Source of the DNA: Takakia lepidozioides
Lineage: Eukaryota > Plantae > Bryophyta
NCBI GenBank assembly: GCA_030704615.1
Contig: CM060732.1
Span: 68,820,001 to 68,884,000, forward strand
Direction of reading: 5' to 3'
Length of the DNA: 64,000 nucleotides
This document shows, piece after piece, positions 62,431 to 64,000 of this stretch; the first letter of the stretch is position 1; every line of letters starts with the position of its first letter. The translations under genes and the position numbers were made by a program. The notes beneath the pieces were generated by a model, which did not search any database, was not told the DNA's origin, and worked only from the letters and a program-made list of their open reading frames with translations.

Positions 62431-64000
62431 ACACATACGAGCCATGCCCGCTTCCCATGCTGGTTTCCAGGTTGCCGTGTGAAGACTTTTCATTTTATGA
62501 CAAACATATACATTTCGTTCACTTGTGAGGGCAAATGCACTTGCGATTCATTGTAAGCGTCTCTCTGTGAATTGAAATAAACTGTGTCAATCATTCTGAG
62601 CTCAAATCTGCCATGTTTACATATTCCTCTTTTTTGGCACGCATTGCAGACATGGTGCATGGTGGCCTCCTTTGTTTTGTCCACGGTAATAGGCCCTCTT
62701 CCTGCAATCCTCGCCTATAGGACCTGCTTCTCCAGCAGATTCATGCCGCTCACGCTTCCCTGAAGCGTGAGCTCAGCTCACGCTTCAAAGCTTGAACGTG
62801 AGCTCAGCTCCCAGGCTCACGGGGCTGGGCTCACGCCGTAGCTACGCTGGGTTGATAGCCACCTCCGGTTTCTTCTTTGCACTTGATGATGCTCCTGAGG
62901 CATTCAACTTTTCCATGAGGTCTAGAGGCAACATGCTTCCAAGCAGGTCTCGGTGGTGCGAAACAGCGGCAGACGACAACGTTCCCGCGACCATCTCTCA
63001 TCCCTGCTCTCTCAAGACCTGGTTCTCCACTCGCAGCGCTTCCTCCCAAGCCCAGCTGACTTCCTCGTCCTCCCCCCCTTATATTGAAGGTTGCTCTTCG
63101 GTCGCCTCCGGAATCACTTCAAGGCCTTCCTCTCCAAACTGTGGTTGCAGAATCGGGTTTTGCCCTTTGTCCTCATCTCCGACAGAGGTTTATTCTCCCA
63201 TTCTAAGTTCTTGTCTCGCCTTCCTCATCCTCTCCTTAGCGCGTGCCCTTGGCTTGTTTGATGTGAAATAAAATGTTCTTCGACGCTTTCTTCTCTCTCG
63301 GGATGGGGTCACTGTCTCTGCAGAATCCAGGGTTGCAAGGAGAAGAAGGAGAAGAAGGAAGAAAGGGCACTACGGGAGGTTCACCGCAAGGCCATCCACG
63401 CCAAGATGATCGCTCGAAACGACCTATGCGCCACATGCACATTCCACATGCATGGCGAACACGTGTCCATCTAACCGTTATGAATATCTCCGGAAATCAT
63501 TTGTTTCTCATCCACCGAAATTCGTTCGGGTCCACCTCTCATCCGAAAAAGTTCATTATTGGGTAATAGCTTTTGGGATGTTTCAGAGGAATGTGCAGTT
63601 GGTACACTTGTACAGCAGTGCAGGTGCCGTTAACATTGAATGGAAATGGGCACCTCATCTGGACTCTCTGACATGATAGCCAAATGGCGGCTCTGTCAGT
63701 CAAACTTGCGGAATTCGTTGTCCAATGCACTGGTGGGGCACCTGTGAAAAAACAGTTGGATTCTTTGATTAGGGCTGACATTGTCCACTCCGCATTTGGG
63801 CACTCTGTGACCATTCACTTGGTTCGCATGGGGACACATTTCTTTGATGTGCCGAACCGCGTTAGGAGACCTGCATGCGGGAGCGACACCTGCAATTGTG
63901 TGTAAGGACGTCTTCTATACAACCAAAAAACTCCGCTCTAGTACAACCTGCAATCAGAAGCAACATTGGACTGTGAACTGTGCGCTTTGAAGCAACATTG

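Larger units (their letters stand above)
50161..62849. mobile_element. MULE family member B: complete 12.7-kb element
   Basis: 9-bp TSD GGTTGATAG (50152-50160, 62850-62858; the match extends to 10 bp); short inverted ends N7-GCTA-N3-CGTGAGCC; clustered subterminal CGTGAGC motifs; contains transposase and cargo gene. Confidence 0.92.
45126..63330 (-). pseudogene. Element A cargo gene: ParB-like domain fused to beta-class amino-methyltransferase fold; split by B (exons about 45126-49975 and 62862-63330)
   Basis: FFVWDGNHRLLAW (~49430-49470); NLVVLDIPDS (~46370-46400); EKSPAFMQTWVETCSRHGGRVVDLSIGT/GASFHACKSAGRHFFGME. Exon-by-exon homology to B cargo. The 5' exon (RRKRRRTFYFTS) has in-frame stops. 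Confidence 0.8.
44589..64000. mobile_element. MULE family member A: host of B, runs off the window
   Basis: Left end GGGGAATGCTTGCGCGTGAGCCTGG is homologous to B left end GGGGGGTGCTATTCCGTGAGCCTGG. Carries the same cargo gene, which resumes after B's right TSD. Confidence 0.75.

Overview
Eukaryotic land-plant genomic DNA; the gene style suggests a bryophyte or other seed-free plant (inference). Two intact-looking host genes: a 13-exon squalene synthase (230-10492, +) and a two-B3-domain REM-like gene (12377-14621, -). The rest is mostly nested mobile DNA: RTE/RTEX-like LINE copies, a piggyBac-type MITE, a Crypton-like tyrosine recombinase, tRNA-derived SINEs, Gypsy and hAT relics, PPR-DYW and F-box pseudogene fragments, and three members (A, B, C) of one unusual Mutator-like (MULE) family. 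Main result: element B (50161-62849, 9-bp TSD GGTTGATAG) encodes a DDE/SWIM transposase and, divergently, an intron-rich cargo gene fusing a ParB/Srx-like domain (VWDGNHRL) to a beta-class N4/N6 amino-methyltransferase fold (DIPD ... VLDLSMGTG). One intron of that gene holds 23 copies of a 116-bp repeat containing a perfect 18-bp-arm palindrome. B sits inside a diverged relative (A) carrying the same cargo gene, and A and C have their own palindrome arrays with a related core. This is a candidate transposon-encoded ParB/parS-like DNA-marking or anti-silencing system. All assignments come from reading the sequence by eye; no searches were run, and several element ORFs are frameshifted (decay or assembly error).
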